A stretch of 46,376 bases of DNA, taken from the NCBI GenBank assembly GCA_964236955.1, contig CAXSGP010000032.1, positions 1 through 46,376 on the forward strand, written 5' to 3'. The DNA is from an uncultured Oligoflexus sp. (GTDB lineage Bacteria > Bdellovibrionota_B > Oligoflexia > Oligoflexales > Oligoflexaceae). Within the stretch, counting starts at the first letter, position 1, and each line of letters starts with the position of its first letter. Below, piece after piece: positions 10,010 to 19,666 of the stretch. Position numbers and translations under genes: made by a program. The notes below the pieces were generated by a model, which made no database searches, had not been told where the DNA came from, and saw only the letters and a program-made list of their open reading frames with translations.

Positions 10010-10681
10010 ATGATGACCAAAAGCTTATTCCCCTTGGCTATGGCAAGTGCACTTGTCTTGAGTATGTCGGCAAAGGCGCAGGATGCTGCTACAAAGGATG
10101 CGGCGCCTAAAGATAGCGCTCCGAATGCGGCAGGTCCCGCTCCAGCATCGAAGGATGCGGCGGCGAAAGGTACTGCATCGAAAGATGCAGAGAAAAAAGG
10201 GTCGGCTAAAGCTTCAAAATCAAAAATCACTGCTGATGCCGCTTCCAGTTCGAAGGGAGGGGACTGTACTTTTGAAATCCATGTTGGCGATGAAATGGCC
10301 TTCAATATCAAGGTGAAGGACAAAGTCGAAAAACTTGTCGAACTCAATATTCCCGAGGCCTGTCGGAACCAGGAAACGAAATTTAAGCTGGTTCACGGCG
10401 GTAAGTTGCCAAAGGTCGCGATGGGGCATAACTTCGTGGTCCATGACCTTGCCAAGCAGCAGGCGATCGTGACGAATGCCTTGACCAGTGGCGCCGGCAA
10501 TGGGTTTATGCCGACGACTAAGGATGGCGTGCTGGGCGTAGCTCCCACCGTTGGTGGCGGAGAAAGTTCGAATCTTAGTCTTGCTAAAGGCAGCTTCAAG
10601 GACGGGGTCAATTACGGATTCGTTTGTACTTTTGCTGGTCACGCGCCTTTGATGAACGGAAAAATAACTTTTATTAAGTAA
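10010..10681 (+). CDS. Secreted azurin-like type-1 blue copper protein with N-terminal Ala/Lys/Asp-rich linker
   Basis: Signal peptide; LPKVAMGHNFV and CTFAGHAPLMNG supply the His, Cys, His and Met copper ligands; two further Cys match the azurin disulfide. Confidence 0.85.
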   Translation: MMTKSLFPLAMASALVLSMSAKAQDAATKDAAPKDSAPNAAGPAPASKDAAAKGTASKDAEKKGSAKASKSKITADAASSSKGGDCTFEIHVGDEMAFNIKVKDKVEKLVELNIPEACRNQETKFKLVHGGKLPKVAMGHNFVVHDLAKQQAIVTNALTSGAGNGFMPTTKDGVLGVAPTVGGGESSNLSLAKGSFKDGVNYGFVCTFAGHAPLMNGKITFIK

Positions 10682-10753
10682 ATTTCTACGCGTTTGATCC
10701 GCGTGGGTTGACATGGACAGGTACCATCGATTTCGAACCTAGGAGAGTGTGCT

Positions 10754-11299
10754 ATGGAACATGTAGCGATGATTCTTGCAGACGGATTTGAGGAAATTGA
10801 AGCGATTGCGGTGATCGATGTGCTGCGACGGGCTGACATTAATATCAAAACCTATTCTTTGAAGAATAAGTTGGTGCAGGGCGCCCATGGGATCACGATA
10901 GAAGCTGATGAGTCCATTGAAACGGCTCAGCAGGAAAATTTCACGATGTTGATCCTGCCAGGTGGGCCCGGAGTTAAGGCTTTAAAGGAAGACCCAAGGG
11001 TCGGGCAATTGCTTGAAAAGCAAATCGGCGGCGATAAATATCTAGCCGCTATATGCGCCGCTCCCACTGTGCTCGCGGAATACGGAATGCTCAAAGGCCG
11101 AACCGTGACAGGCTATCCGGGTACCGAAGAAAAACTGCGTGGTGCCGATGCTACTTTCACAAATAGCAAAGTCGTGATTGATGGCCATCTTATTACCAGT
11201 AGAGGTCCCGGAACGGCGATTGATTTCGCTCTGGAAATCATTACGGCGTTAAGGGGCACCGCGAAGAGTGATTCCGTTCGTGAAAAATTAGCTATTTGA
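10754..11299 (+). CDS. DJ-1/YajL (ThiJ/PfpI) family glyoxalase/deglycase
   Basis: DGFEEIE, LPGG, AICAAP (catalytic Cys), TSRGPGTA. Confidence 0.93.
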   Translation: MEHVAMILADGFEEIEAIAVIDVLRRADINIKTYSLKNKLVQGAHGITIEADESIETAQQENFTMLILPGGPGVKALKEDPRVGQLLEKQIGGDKYLAAICAAPTVLAEYGMLKGRTVTGYPGTEEKLRGADATFTNSKVVIDGHLITSRGPGTAIDFALEIITALRGTAKSDSVREKLAI

Positions 11300-11424
11300 T
11301 TCCCTTTTCGTCAGGGGCTGGAGAGCTTTGACTTTGCCCCTATCAACAGTCCCAAGGGGGATTTAAAGCGGGATATACGGCTCATCACTTGTTGGTGGGC
11401 CTTTGCCTTGCTAGCGGAAAAGAC

Positions 11425-11463
11425 AAAAAAACCGTGACTTTGCCAGAAAGCAGCGCCACGGTT
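11425..11463 (-). terminator. Intrinsic terminator downstream of apt
   Basis: AACCGTG...CACGGTT stem followed by T7 on the minus strand. Confidence 0.6.
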
Positions 11464-11489
11464 GAGTCATCCCATACAGATACTTAAAA

Positions 11490-12005
11490 TCAGCTATAAC
11501 GAATCAGGCTATGCACGGGAAACGATTCAAGCACCTTACGGCCAGGCAGGAAGGTTAATTCAATAACAAACGAACAGCCCACGATCGTACCACCGCATGC
11601 CCTAACCAATTCCGTAGCGGCCTTGGCGGTACCGCCAGTCGCGAGGAGATCATCGATGAAGAGAATTCGTTGTCCCGGCTTAATCGCATCCTGATGAATC
11701 TCGAGAGTATCGGTACCATATTCGAGATCATAGGTCTGCTTATGAACGGCAGCCGGGAGTTTGCCAGGCTTACGGATGGGAACGAACCCTTTATTGAGAA
11801 TCATCGCCACACCGATGCCAAAGATGAAGCCACGGCTCTCAGCGCCGACCACAAGGTCCACTTGGTCCGCTTGGTAGTGACTGGCAAGGGCTTTGTAGGT
11901 CTGTAACAAAGCCGCTGGATCCTTCAAAAGCGGGGTAATATCCTTAAAGTTGATACCCGGCTTCGGAAAGTCTGGGACGTTACGAATATAATCTTCAAGG
12001 CGCAT
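11490..12005 (-). CDS. apt: Adenine phosphoribosyltransferase
   Basis: PDFPKPGINFKDITPLL, ESRGF, RKPGKLP, IDDLLATGGT. Confidence 0.97.
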   Translation of the reverse strand: MRLEDYIRNVPDFPKPGINFKDITPLLKDPAALLQTYKALASHYQADQVDLVVGAESRGFIFGIGVAMILNKGFVPIRKPGKLPAAVHKQTYDLEYGTDTLEIHQDAIKPGQRILFIDDLLATGGTAKAATELVRACGGTIVGCSFVIELTFLPGRKVLESFPVHSLIRYS

Positions 12006-12054
12006 GGTTCCCCCTTCAATAATTCCAGTGTTTCAAGTTAGCTCTGAAACGGGC

Positions 12055-13599
12055 TTATTTTGCCGAATTCTTATCGAGTTTCGCAGCCAGGATATCGCCG
12101 AAGGTTCCGCGATTCTGGGGAAGTGCCGCCTGTTTGTGCACCTTTTCCTCCTGCGACTGCATATACTCCTGATAAGCCGCGATATCACCGGAATCATCTT
12201 TGATTTCTGGCAGCGAGAGCAGGATTTTTCGTTCTGCCAGATTCAACTCGCGAACCACAACATTAAGTTCTTGCGGAGGGGAAGCCTTCTTTTTGAAGGA
12301 TTCGCCATAGGCTTTCTTGAGAATCTCGGTTGGAACCAGGCCGGTCACGCCGGCAGCGATTTCTACAAAAGCACCGAAGCCCTTGAGGCTTTGCACCTTG
12401 CCCGTGAACAGATTGCCATTCGCATATTTTGCTTCGGCATTGGCCCAGGGATCTTCTTCTATATTCTTAAGACTGAGCGAGAGCTTTTGCTCGGCGGTCT
12501 TGATATCGATAATGCGGACCTGGACCGAATCGCCCGGCTTGAGAATTTCCGAAGGATGATTGATGCGTTTTTCCCAGGACATCTCGGACACGTGTATCAA
12601 GCCTTCAACGCCAGGGGTGAGGCTGACGAAGGCACCAAAATTTTCGAGACGGACGACAGTGCCGGGGTAGGATTTGCCCGACTCGAAGCGGTCCGAGATG
12701 GTAGCCCAGGGATCGTCCTGAATCGCTTTCATGCTGAGGCTGATTCGCTTTTTGCCATCGGCAGTCGTTTCGATTTTAAGGACTTTAACGCGAACCTTGT
12801 CGCCTTTTTGCACATAGTCGCTGGCGCGATTTACGCGGGCGTAGCTCATCTCGGAAACATGCATAAAGCCATCGAATCCACCGAGATCCACAAAGGCTCC
12901 GAAGTCTTTAACTTCGCGCACCACGCCGTCGAGAATCAATTCCTGATCGACGCGGGCTTCGAGTTCGATGACCTTGGCTTCGCCTTCCCGTTTGAGAAGC
13001 TTGGAGCGCGACACAACAATATTGCGGCCGCCTTCCTCAACCTTCTCGATCAGAAAGTTAAATTCCTGATTGAGATATTCCATTTTGTTCGCGACGAACT
13101 TGGTGTCCATCTGCGAAACGGGACAGAACGCCCGTTTGCCCATCAAAGTGACTTCAAAACCGCCTTTGTTTTCGCCTGTCACTTTACCTTTTACCGGCAA
13201 TTGACCATTGCGGGCCATCAGCAGGTCCTCAAGTGGGTTTTTCGATTGACCCATGCGCCGACTGAGGAGGATTTCATCAGCGGTTTTGCTGATCACATAG
13301 GCCGTTATCTTATCGCCAAGGTGAAATTCAAACTCGCCTTTGTCATCTTTAATCTGGTTCTTATCCATCACCGCAGTATGCAGGGCATCGATTTCGACCA
13401 GAACGGTATCGGAGTGAGGGCTTATTGTTGAAATGGTACCGGTAACCTGGCGACCGACACGAATATCGGTTTCTTCATCCTGACCCGGATCCTGCAAAAG
13501 CAGGTCTTCGAACGAGAGCTCTTCTTCAGCTTTTTTCTTCGTCTTATCGTCGGTGAAGCCGCTGTCTTCGTCTTCCCACTGAATATCCTGATAACGCAT
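12055..13599 (-). CDS. Multi-S1-domain protein, ribosomal protein S1-like (probably a paralogue)
   Basis: About five S1 repeats (AFCPVSQ, FGAFVDLGGFDGFMHVSEMS, FGAFVSLTPGVEGLIHVSEMSW, FGAFVEI); C-terminal GTFGDIL. Confidence 0.85.
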   Translation of the reverse strand: MRYQDIQWEDEDSGFTDDKTKKKAEEELSFEDLLLQDPGQDEETDIRVGRQVTGTISTISPHSDTVLVEIDALHTAVMDKNQIKDDKGEFEFHLGDKITAYVISKTADEILLSRRMGQSKNPLEDLLMARNGQLPVKGKVTGENKGGFEVTLMGKRAFCPVSQMDTKFVANKMEYLNQEFNFLIEKVEEGGRNIVVSRSKLLKREGEAKVIELEARVDQELILDGVVREVKDFGAFVDLGGFDGFMHVSEMSYARVNRASDYVQKGDKVRVKVLKIETTADGKKRISLSMKAIQDDPWATISDRFESGKSYPGTVVRLENFGAFVSLTPGVEGLIHVSEMSWEKRINHPSEILKPGDSVQVRIIDIKTAEQKLSLSLKNIEEDPWANAEAKYANGNLFTGKVQSLKGFGAFVEIAAGVTGLVPTEILKKAYGESFKKKASPPQELNVVVRELNLAERKILLSLPEIKDDSGDIAAYQEYMQSQEEKVHKQAALPQNRGTFGDILAAKLDKNSAK

Positions 13600-13801
13600 A
13601 CGTTGAGTCCTTCAAAATCGCTGTCAAAAGCCAGCTTGGGCGGGCAGTGTAACCTTTTTTCAAACCCGATCCCATAAAATATTGCGCCGCGCGAACGGGC
13701 TCTAAGCCCTTGATGACTTTCCTGCTGGAGAAAAATCCCATTGTATGTCAAATTTGTAGAAACTTAAAGTCAATCGATTCCATCCAGGACTTGAGGTCAC
13801 T

Positions 13802-14671
13802 ATGACTGATAAATATGCTGTGGAAATATTAGCCACCCATGATGGTGTCCAGCTCTACTGCCAGACCTATCCCTGTTCCCATGCGGTCGGGGTAATAATG
13901 ACTGTGCATGATTATGGGCAACATAGCGGGACCTATCAAAGTGCCCATGACCGGCTTGTGAAGCAAGGTTTCAGCGTCTATACGCTTGATCTTCGTGGCC
14001 ATGGGAAATCGCCAGGGCGGCGCGCGGCAATCGGTAAATTTGATGATTTTCTTGAAGACCTGGATTTGCTCTATGCCAGGGTTCGCGATAGGGAATCGGG
14101 CCGGCCTCTTTTTCTTCTCGGGCAGGGCATGGGAGCTTTGATCGCCATGCGTTTTGCTTTGACACGGCGGCCGAACCTTCATGGACTGATACTCTGTGGA
14201 CGCCTTCCGGAGCTTCCTATCAATGCCAAAGAACGCCTGATTGCTCAATATGCGTTCCCTCTGCTCGCCCATGTCCAAGCCAATGCCGAAGCCAGGGAAC
14301 TGCTGCTTTCCCAGGCGCTATCGGGGGTTTTAAAGGACGATGAGCTGGCGTTCCGGGGTGCGGTCAAAGCGCAGACCATTCTGGAACTCAATGCGGCAAG
14401 TCACAGTCTCGACACCGAGCATGCCTTCCTGAGCTTTCCTGTGCTCTGTTTGAGCAGCGAAAAACACCTCCCGGCGATGGAGCGCTTGCATGAAGGTCTG
14501 CTCTCCCACGATAAAACCCTTTTGCCCTATCAGGGTCAAAGTCATCAGCCGCTTCTCCATCCCGAAAGTGAACAGATTTTAGGCGAAATTATCGAGTGGT
14601 GCGAAGCGCGCCTTGAGCGGTTGGCGGACGATGAGGAATGGGATGAAGATGCTGAAGACGACAGCATCTGA
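13802..14671 (+). CDS. Alpha/beta hydrolase fold protein (lysophospholipase/monoglyceride lipase-like) lacking the nucleophile Ser
   Basis: DLRGHGKSPGRR and overall Hydrolase_4-like layout, but GQGMG replaces GxSxG. Confidence 0.8.
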   Translation: MTDKYAVEILATHDGVQLYCQTYPCSHAVGVIMTVHDYGQHSGTYQSAHDRLVKQGFSVYTLDLRGHGKSPGRRAAIGKFDDFLEDLDLLYARVRDRESGRPLFLLGQGMGALIAMRFALTRRPNLHGLILCGRLPELPINAKERLIAQYAFPLLAHVQANAEARELLLSQALSGVLKDDELAFRGAVKAQTILELNAASHSLDTEHAFLSFPVLCLSSEKHLPAMERLHEGLLSHDKTLLPYQGQSHQPLLHPESEQILGEIIEWCEARLERLADDEEWDEDAEDDSI

Positions 14672-14765
14672 AGGCATGATGCCAAGGGAAGGCGCTGACC
14701 TTTCGGAAAAAAGCCTGGTTTCGCAGCAAAAGGAACGAGCGGGCAGCAAATGGTTTATGCTTAAA

Positions 14766-15704
14766 TTAACGGGCTTTTAGGTCATTTTGCAAGAGTTCTT
14801 CCCGAATACGCTTCAGACTGGCGCACGAAGCTTCGTGTTTTTCAGAACAGCCTCTTGAATAGAGATCGAGAGCTTTATCATAAATTTTCTGCCGTTCGAA
14901 TTGAAAGGCCAGGTTGTTGCAACTTTTGCCGAGACCATTGTCGCAGGCGGCTCGGTAAAAGCGTGCGGCGTTGGCGAGATTCCCGGCTTGTTCTTCATAC
15001 CAGGCAAATTTGTGGCAGGCCTGGGCGAAGCCGGATTGGCAAGCCCTGAGATAGAGGTTTTTGGCCGCTTCGATGTTGCCCGCCTTGCCCAGAGCCCGGG
15101 CTTTTTTGAACTGATTTTGTAGAGTTTTTGTAGCTTTTGCGTCGGTTCTGCGGGACTTGATCAAGGGCGCTTCCGTCGCCTCCGTCGCTTCCGGTTTCAG
15201 GCCGTCTTCTGGCGCTGATTCATTTTCTACGGCCGGTTCCATCATTGCGACTTTGGCGCCGACCTTTTGTGCGGCGGCGTTTTCTTCCTCGGCCTGCATT
15301 TCCTTAAGGCGTAACAGGGCCTTTTCGCGAATTTTCTCAAGGCTGATGTTCTTGGCTTCGTCACGGCTGCCTTCGGCAAGGAGACGGCCCGTTACATCTT
15401 CATATTGAACGGGACTGGGTGCGGGTAAAATTTTTGCCGCCATCTGGCTATGAGCCGCCGCTTGCGGAGCGGCTTCAACTACGGGCGTTTCACCTTTTAA
15501 AGTTTCCGGCTCTTTTTCGGCTTCGGTTGTTCTTTCTGCTTCCACGGCCTCGTTGACAACGGCCGGCAACGATATTTCCACGGGTGAAGTATTTACCACA
15601 TCATCCCTTGGTGCTGGCATCGGGTGATGGCGGGCCTTGTTTTTTTCTACGCAGGCTATACTGATGCTAAGAACTATAGTTCCTGTAATAATGTAGCGCC
15701 TCAT
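14766..15704 (-). CDS. Lipoprotein with acidic low-complexity linker and C-terminal Sel1-like repeats
   Basis: Lipobox-like SIAC; three (R)AC/GC..G...(A/S)C..L repeats typical of Sel1/Hcp. Confidence 0.7.
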   Translation of the reverse strand: MRRYIITGTIVLSISIACVEKNKARHHPMPAPRDDVVNTSPVEISLPAVVNEAVEAERTTEAEKEPETLKGETPVVEAAPQAAAHSQMAAKILPAPSPVQYEDVTGRLLAEGSRDEAKNISLEKIREKALLRLKEMQAEEENAAAQKVGAKVAMMEPAVENESAPEDGLKPEATEATEAPLIKSRRTDAKATKTLQNQFKKARALGKAGNIEAAKNLYLRACQSGFAQACHKFAWYEEQAGNLANAARFYRAACDNGLGKSCNNLAFQFERQKIYDKALDLYSRGCSEKHEASCASLKRIREELLQNDLKAR

Positions 15705-15901
15705 CTACGGGTCACCTCATTCTCCAATTCTTACGCCTTATCGGATTATTCTTCTCCAACATGAGAGAAGAATAGAACAGCCACGTCATTTTTCTAAAAT
15801 TGGACTCCAGGCTTGTACCTTCCGCGTCTTGGCAGCTTTCCCGGATTTCTGCTAAGGTCCACGGAAGACTGCGATTCCCAAGGACTTTTGGAGGAGAATC
15901 T

Positions 15902-17209
15902 ATGAAAAACGAAAGTCAGTACCAGAGTGGATTTGGCAATCATTTTAGCAGCGAAGCCTTGCCGGGGGCATTGCCTGAGGGGCAAAATTCGCCGCAGATT
16001 GTCCCCTATGGATTGATCGCCGAGCTGGTATCGGGGAGCGCCTTCACGGCCAAGCGTCATGAAAATCTGCGAACCTGGCTTTATAGAATTCGCCCATCGG
16101 TCATCCATGGGGAATTTAAAAGGGTAGCGGCCGCCAAATGGCAGAGCGCGCCGCAGCAAGAACCCGCCGTGCCCGCCGCCCAGCTCCGCTGGAACCCCAT
16201 GGACTATGCCTCCCCGAGCGAAGATTTTATCGACAGCCTGACGACCTTCGCCAGCAATGGCGATGCGGCGATGCGATATGGCAGTGCCGTGCACCTTTAC
16301 GCGGCGACCCGCTCGATGGAAAAAGGCTTCTTTTTGAATATCGATGGCGATCTCCTGATCGTTCCCCAGGAGGGCCGCCTCGAGATTCGCACGGAGCTTG
16401 GCGTCATCGATCTTGAGCCTTGTGAGATTGCAGTCGTTCCGCGTGGTATAAAATTTCAAGTCAATCTTCCGGATGGAAAAGCCCGGGGCTATATACTCGA
16501 GAACTACGGCGCCCCTTTTGTGTTGCCTTATCTGGGGCCAATTGGTTCCAGTGGACTGGCAAATTCCCGGGATTTCGAAAGTCCAGTTGCCGCCTACGAG
16601 GATCTTAACGGAACTTTTTTCTTAAGGTGTCGATTCGCAGGCAATCTCTTTCAAGCCGAGCTTGGCCATTCGCCTCTCGATGTTGTCGCCTGGCATGGCA
16701 ACTACGCGCCCTATAAATACGATCTTCGCAAATTCATGACGATCAACACCGTGAGTTTTGATCATCCCGATCCATCGATTTTCACTGTACTGACTTCGCC
16801 TGGCGAGGGGGAGGGTCGGGCTAACGTCGATTTCGTGATCTTTCCTCCGCGTTGGATGGTGGCCCAGAATACCTTTCGTCCCCCCTATTTTCATCGCAAT
16901 TTGATGAGCGAATATATGGGGCTGATCCATGGCGTCTACGATGCAAAGCCCGCAGGAGGATTTGAGCCGGGCGGCGGCAGTCTTCATAATTGCATGCTTC
17001 CCCATGGGCCCGAAGCCAAGGCCTATGAAGGGGGGATCAAGGAGGAATTAAAGCCCCATTATTTGGATAAGACCCTGGCCTTTATGTTTGAGTCGGCTTA
17101 CCTCTACAGGCCGACGCAACAGGCTCTTGGAGGTGGTCTGCTGCAGACGGATTATGCAGACTGCTGGCAGGGAATTCCGAAGCATTTTGATCCCAAAAAA
17201 CGCTTCTAA
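15902..17209 (+). CDS. hmgA: Homogentisate 1,2-dioxygenase
   Basis: [67 protein letters not shown]. Confidence 0.97.
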   Translation: MKNESQYQSGFGNHFSSEALPGALPEGQNSPQIVPYGLIAELVSGSAFTAKRHENLRTWLYRIRPSVIHGEFKRVAAAKWQSAPQQEPAVPAAQLRWNPMDYASPSEDFIDSLTTFASNGDAAMRYGSAVHLYAATRSMEKGFFLNIDGDLLIVPQEGRLEIRTELGVIDLEPCEIAVVPRGIKFQVNLPDGKARGYILENYGAPFVLPYLGPIGSSGLANSRDFESPVAAYEDLNGTFFLRCRFAGNLFQAELGHSPLDVVAWHGNYAPYKYDLRKFMTINTVSFDHPDPSIFTVLTSPGEGEGRANVDFVIFPPRWMVAQNTFRPPYFHRNLMSEYMGLIHGVYDAKPAGGFEPGGGSLHNCMLPHGPEAKAYEGGIKEELKPHYLDKTLAFMFESAYLYRPTQQALGGGLLQTDYADCWQGIPKHFDPKKRF

Positions 17210-17304
17210 AATTCCCGCCGCTTTGCAAAGGGCTCGGCATCTCCTATCATAGGGGAAGACCGGGCTCAGAATCTCCTGAGTCTTGCAAGGGGAAGGGCTG
17301 GGAT

Positions 17305-17712
17305 ATGGCCTACGCATCGTTTCGTTGCCAGGTAAAAGCACCACTGGCAGTGGTATGGCAACGACTTAGAGACAAACTCCAGACCAGCGAACGGGCCTTA
17401 GCTTCAAGGCCATCATTCGCTCAGGCCAAAGCGCTGTTGAATCTGCCCAACGCCCAGCCTTTGCGGGAGGAGATCATCATCGATGCGGCGCGCAGTGAAA
17501 TCGTCGTGCGCTTGCTCGACGGTCAGAATCTGCAAGGGGAACGTCGCTTCGTTTTGCGAGCGACTGATGGGACATCGGGGGCGTTTCTCGAAACAATCCT
17601 CAACTGGAAAACGGCGAGTGCCGAGCTGGATCGGGAAATCATGAAAGCGGCCGTGGAGGTCATGGTGCGTGATTTCGCCTTGGAAATTAAGCAGGCGGCC
17701 GAGGTCGCCTGA
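17305..17712 (+). CDS. Hypothetical protein, possibly SRPBCC/Bet v1-like fold
   Basis: V.AP..VVW..L.DK N-terminus and a C-terminal amphipathic helix resemble SRPBCC/DUF1857 proteins. Confidence 0.45.
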   Translation: MAYASFRCQVKAPLAVVWQRLRDKLQTSERALASRPSFAQAKALLNLPNAQPLREEIIIDAARSEIVVRLLDGQNLQGERRFVLRATDGTSGAFLETILNWKTASAELDREIMKAAVEVMVRDFALEIKQAAEVA

Positions 17713-17862
17713 GGACGCGCCAGGGGCTTTGGCTGCAAAGTGGCTATGTCTAAGGGATGGGTATGAACCTTTTATCAAGGTTTTGTCCCTTAGGCCGAGC
17801 CCCAACACTAGACTCTTTTGGAACAGCCGCTTATCTTAAGAGGCTGGAAAAAAGGAGAAACC

Positions 17863-19377
17863 ATGGCCTTGGCAACAATAACTTTCTCTGACGTCGTGAC
17901 CTGTCTGGAACAAGCGGGTCTCCTTCTCAATCAAAAAGGAGCCATCCCACGCCGTGAGATGGTCCACTCCACGACGGATACACGAAAGCTGCAAAACGGC
18001 GATCTATTTATTGCCTATAAGGGTGTGCAATTTGATGCTCATTCCCGCGTGCCGGCATTAGCTCTTCAATTTCCGGCAACAGTTTTTATTATTGAAGAAC
18101 CGAAATGCTTTGACGTGATGTCTGCGGATCACGTGGTTCTCCTCGTTAAAGACAGCCGGGAGGCCTGGTCCCATATAGCTGCTTTGCGCTATGGAAACCC
18201 TCAGGAACAATTAAAGCTGCTCGGCGTTACCGGAACCAATGGCAAGACCTCCACCGTCTGGTTTTTCAGAGAGATCCTGGGGACGCTTGCTATCCCCTGC
18301 ATGACCCTTGGCACGCTCGGCGTTTACTGTGGCGATGAGATGCTGCCGGCGAGCCATACCACGCCCGATCCCGAGGAGCTATTCAAAAGCCTCGCTTTAG
18401 CCAAGGCGCGCGGTATCGAATGGATCGCGATGGAAATTTCATCGCATGCCATCGTCCAAAAGCGTCTGGGACCCTTGAAATTTGATGCGGTCGCGTTCAC
18501 TTCCTTTTCCAGGGATCATCTCGATTTTCATCCCACGATGAAAGAGTACTTTGCGGCGAAGTGGGAGCTTTTCACAGACTACTGCAAACCATCGGTAAAA
18601 CGATTCGTCTCAACCACGGTTCGAAAGCACCTTCCTCCCTCGGCGAAGCTGGTGCCGTTTAGTTATTATGGTCCGAAGTCGGAAATGGAGGCTGCGAAAG
18701 CTGAGGGTTATGCCTATCAAATTTCCGAAAGCCGGCTCAATCACAGCTTCCTGAATCTTACAAGCAAAGACCTTTCGCTCGCCATCAGTTTTGATTTTGG
18801 CGGGGATTTTGCGTTGGATAACTTCACAGCCGCCTTCGCATTGGTCAACAGCCTCTTGCCAATGCAAAGCCTCGACGGCTCAAAAATCAAGCCTGTACCG
18901 GGCCGATTTGAGCCGGTGCCGGCAGCTGTACCCTTTAATTTCGCCGTCATCGTCGATTATGCTCATACCCCTGATGCTTTGGAAAAAACATTGACCAAGC
19001 TTAAGGAAATGACGACGGGTCAACTATGGGTGGTCTTTGGCTGCGGTGGCGATCGAGATCCGGGCAAGCGCCCCCTTATGGGAGCGATTGCCGAGAAGTT
19101 TGCGGATCAGATTATCGTCAGCTCGGATAACCCCCGGACTGAAATGCCTGGTGAAATCATCAATCAGATTCTGAAAGGCATGCCGCGGAAGAAAAAGGTC
19201 CATGTTATCGAGGATAGACTCAGTGCCATCGAATTCGCCTGCCTCAAAGCCAAGGCTGGGGACAGTATACTGATCGCGGGAAAGGGTCATGAAAACTATC
19301 AGATCATTGGCAACACCAAATTCCCTTTTGATGATCGGCTCGTCTCCGCGGAAGTCTTACAGAAACGGAGTCCCTGA
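17863..19377 (+). CDS. murE: UDP-N-acetylmuramoyl-L-alanyl-D-glutamate--2,6-diaminopimelate ligase
   Basis: GVTGTNGKTS, TTPD, MEISSH, DHLDFH, DYAHTPD, GCGGDRD, DNPR (meso-DAP-type motif), AGKGHE; AGGAG RBS. Confidence 0.96.
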   Translation: MALATITFSDVVTCLEQAGLLLNQKGAIPRREMVHSTTDTRKLQNGDLFIAYKGVQFDAHSRVPALALQFPATVFIIEEPKCFDVMSADHVVLLVKDSREAWSHIAALRYGNPQEQLKLLGVTGTNGKTSTVWFFREILGTLAIPCMTLGTLGVYCGDEMLPASHTTPDPEELFKSLALAKARGIEWIAMEISSHAIVQKRLGPLKFDAVAFTSFSRDHLDFHPTMKEYFAAKWELFTDYCKPSVKRFVSTTVRKHLPPSAKLVPFSYYGPKSEMEAAKAEGYAYQISESRLNHSFLNLTSKDLSLAISFDFGGDFALDNFTAAFALVNSLLPMQSLDGSKIKPVPGRFEPVPAAVPFNFAVIVDYAHTPDALEKTLTKLKEMTTGQLWVVFGCGGDRDPGKRPLMGAIAEKFADQIIVSSDNPRTEMPGEIINQILKGMPRKKKVHVIEDRLSAIEFACLKAKAGDSILIAGKGHENYQIIGNTKFPFDDRLVSAEVLQKRSP

Positions 19378-19385
19378 TCCAGCCT

Positions 19386-19407
19386 AAGGCTCATCTCTTG
19401 AGCCTTG
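19386..19407 (+). terminator. Hairpin after murE (possible terminator)
   Basis: AAGGCTCA-TCTCT-TGAGCCTT 8-bp stem; the T-tract is distant. Confidence 0.4.
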
Positions 19408-19569
19408 CCAGCCCTATCCCTATCCCTTTTCGTGGTTTCAAAGCCGTCCTGGGGAGCTGGGAACCGAAGCATTCACTGCCCAGCTCAGCGGTGCTTTTGC
19501 AAAAATTTCAACATTCACTTTACAATTGATGGGTTTATACCCGTAATTATGGTAATTTATTATTAATAA

Positions 19570-19582
19570 TATCAAGCAGTTA
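19570..19582 (+). promoter_or_regulatory. IHF-like binding site in an AT-rich promoter region
   Basis: TATCAAGCAGTTA matches WATCAANNNNTTR and has an upstream AT tract. Confidence 0.4.
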
Positions 19583-19666
19583 TATAAGATATCATTTTTA
19601 ATCCGAGAATGATCTAAAGCCTTCCGATCTCTTTTTTATGAGTGAAAAGATCAGAGGGAGGTTCGA

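Noticed and set aside
12004..13431. 475-aa ORF antisense to the S1-domain gene
   Set aside because: No recognisable motifs; in register with the sense codons, as expected for a shadow ORF of a codon-biased gene.
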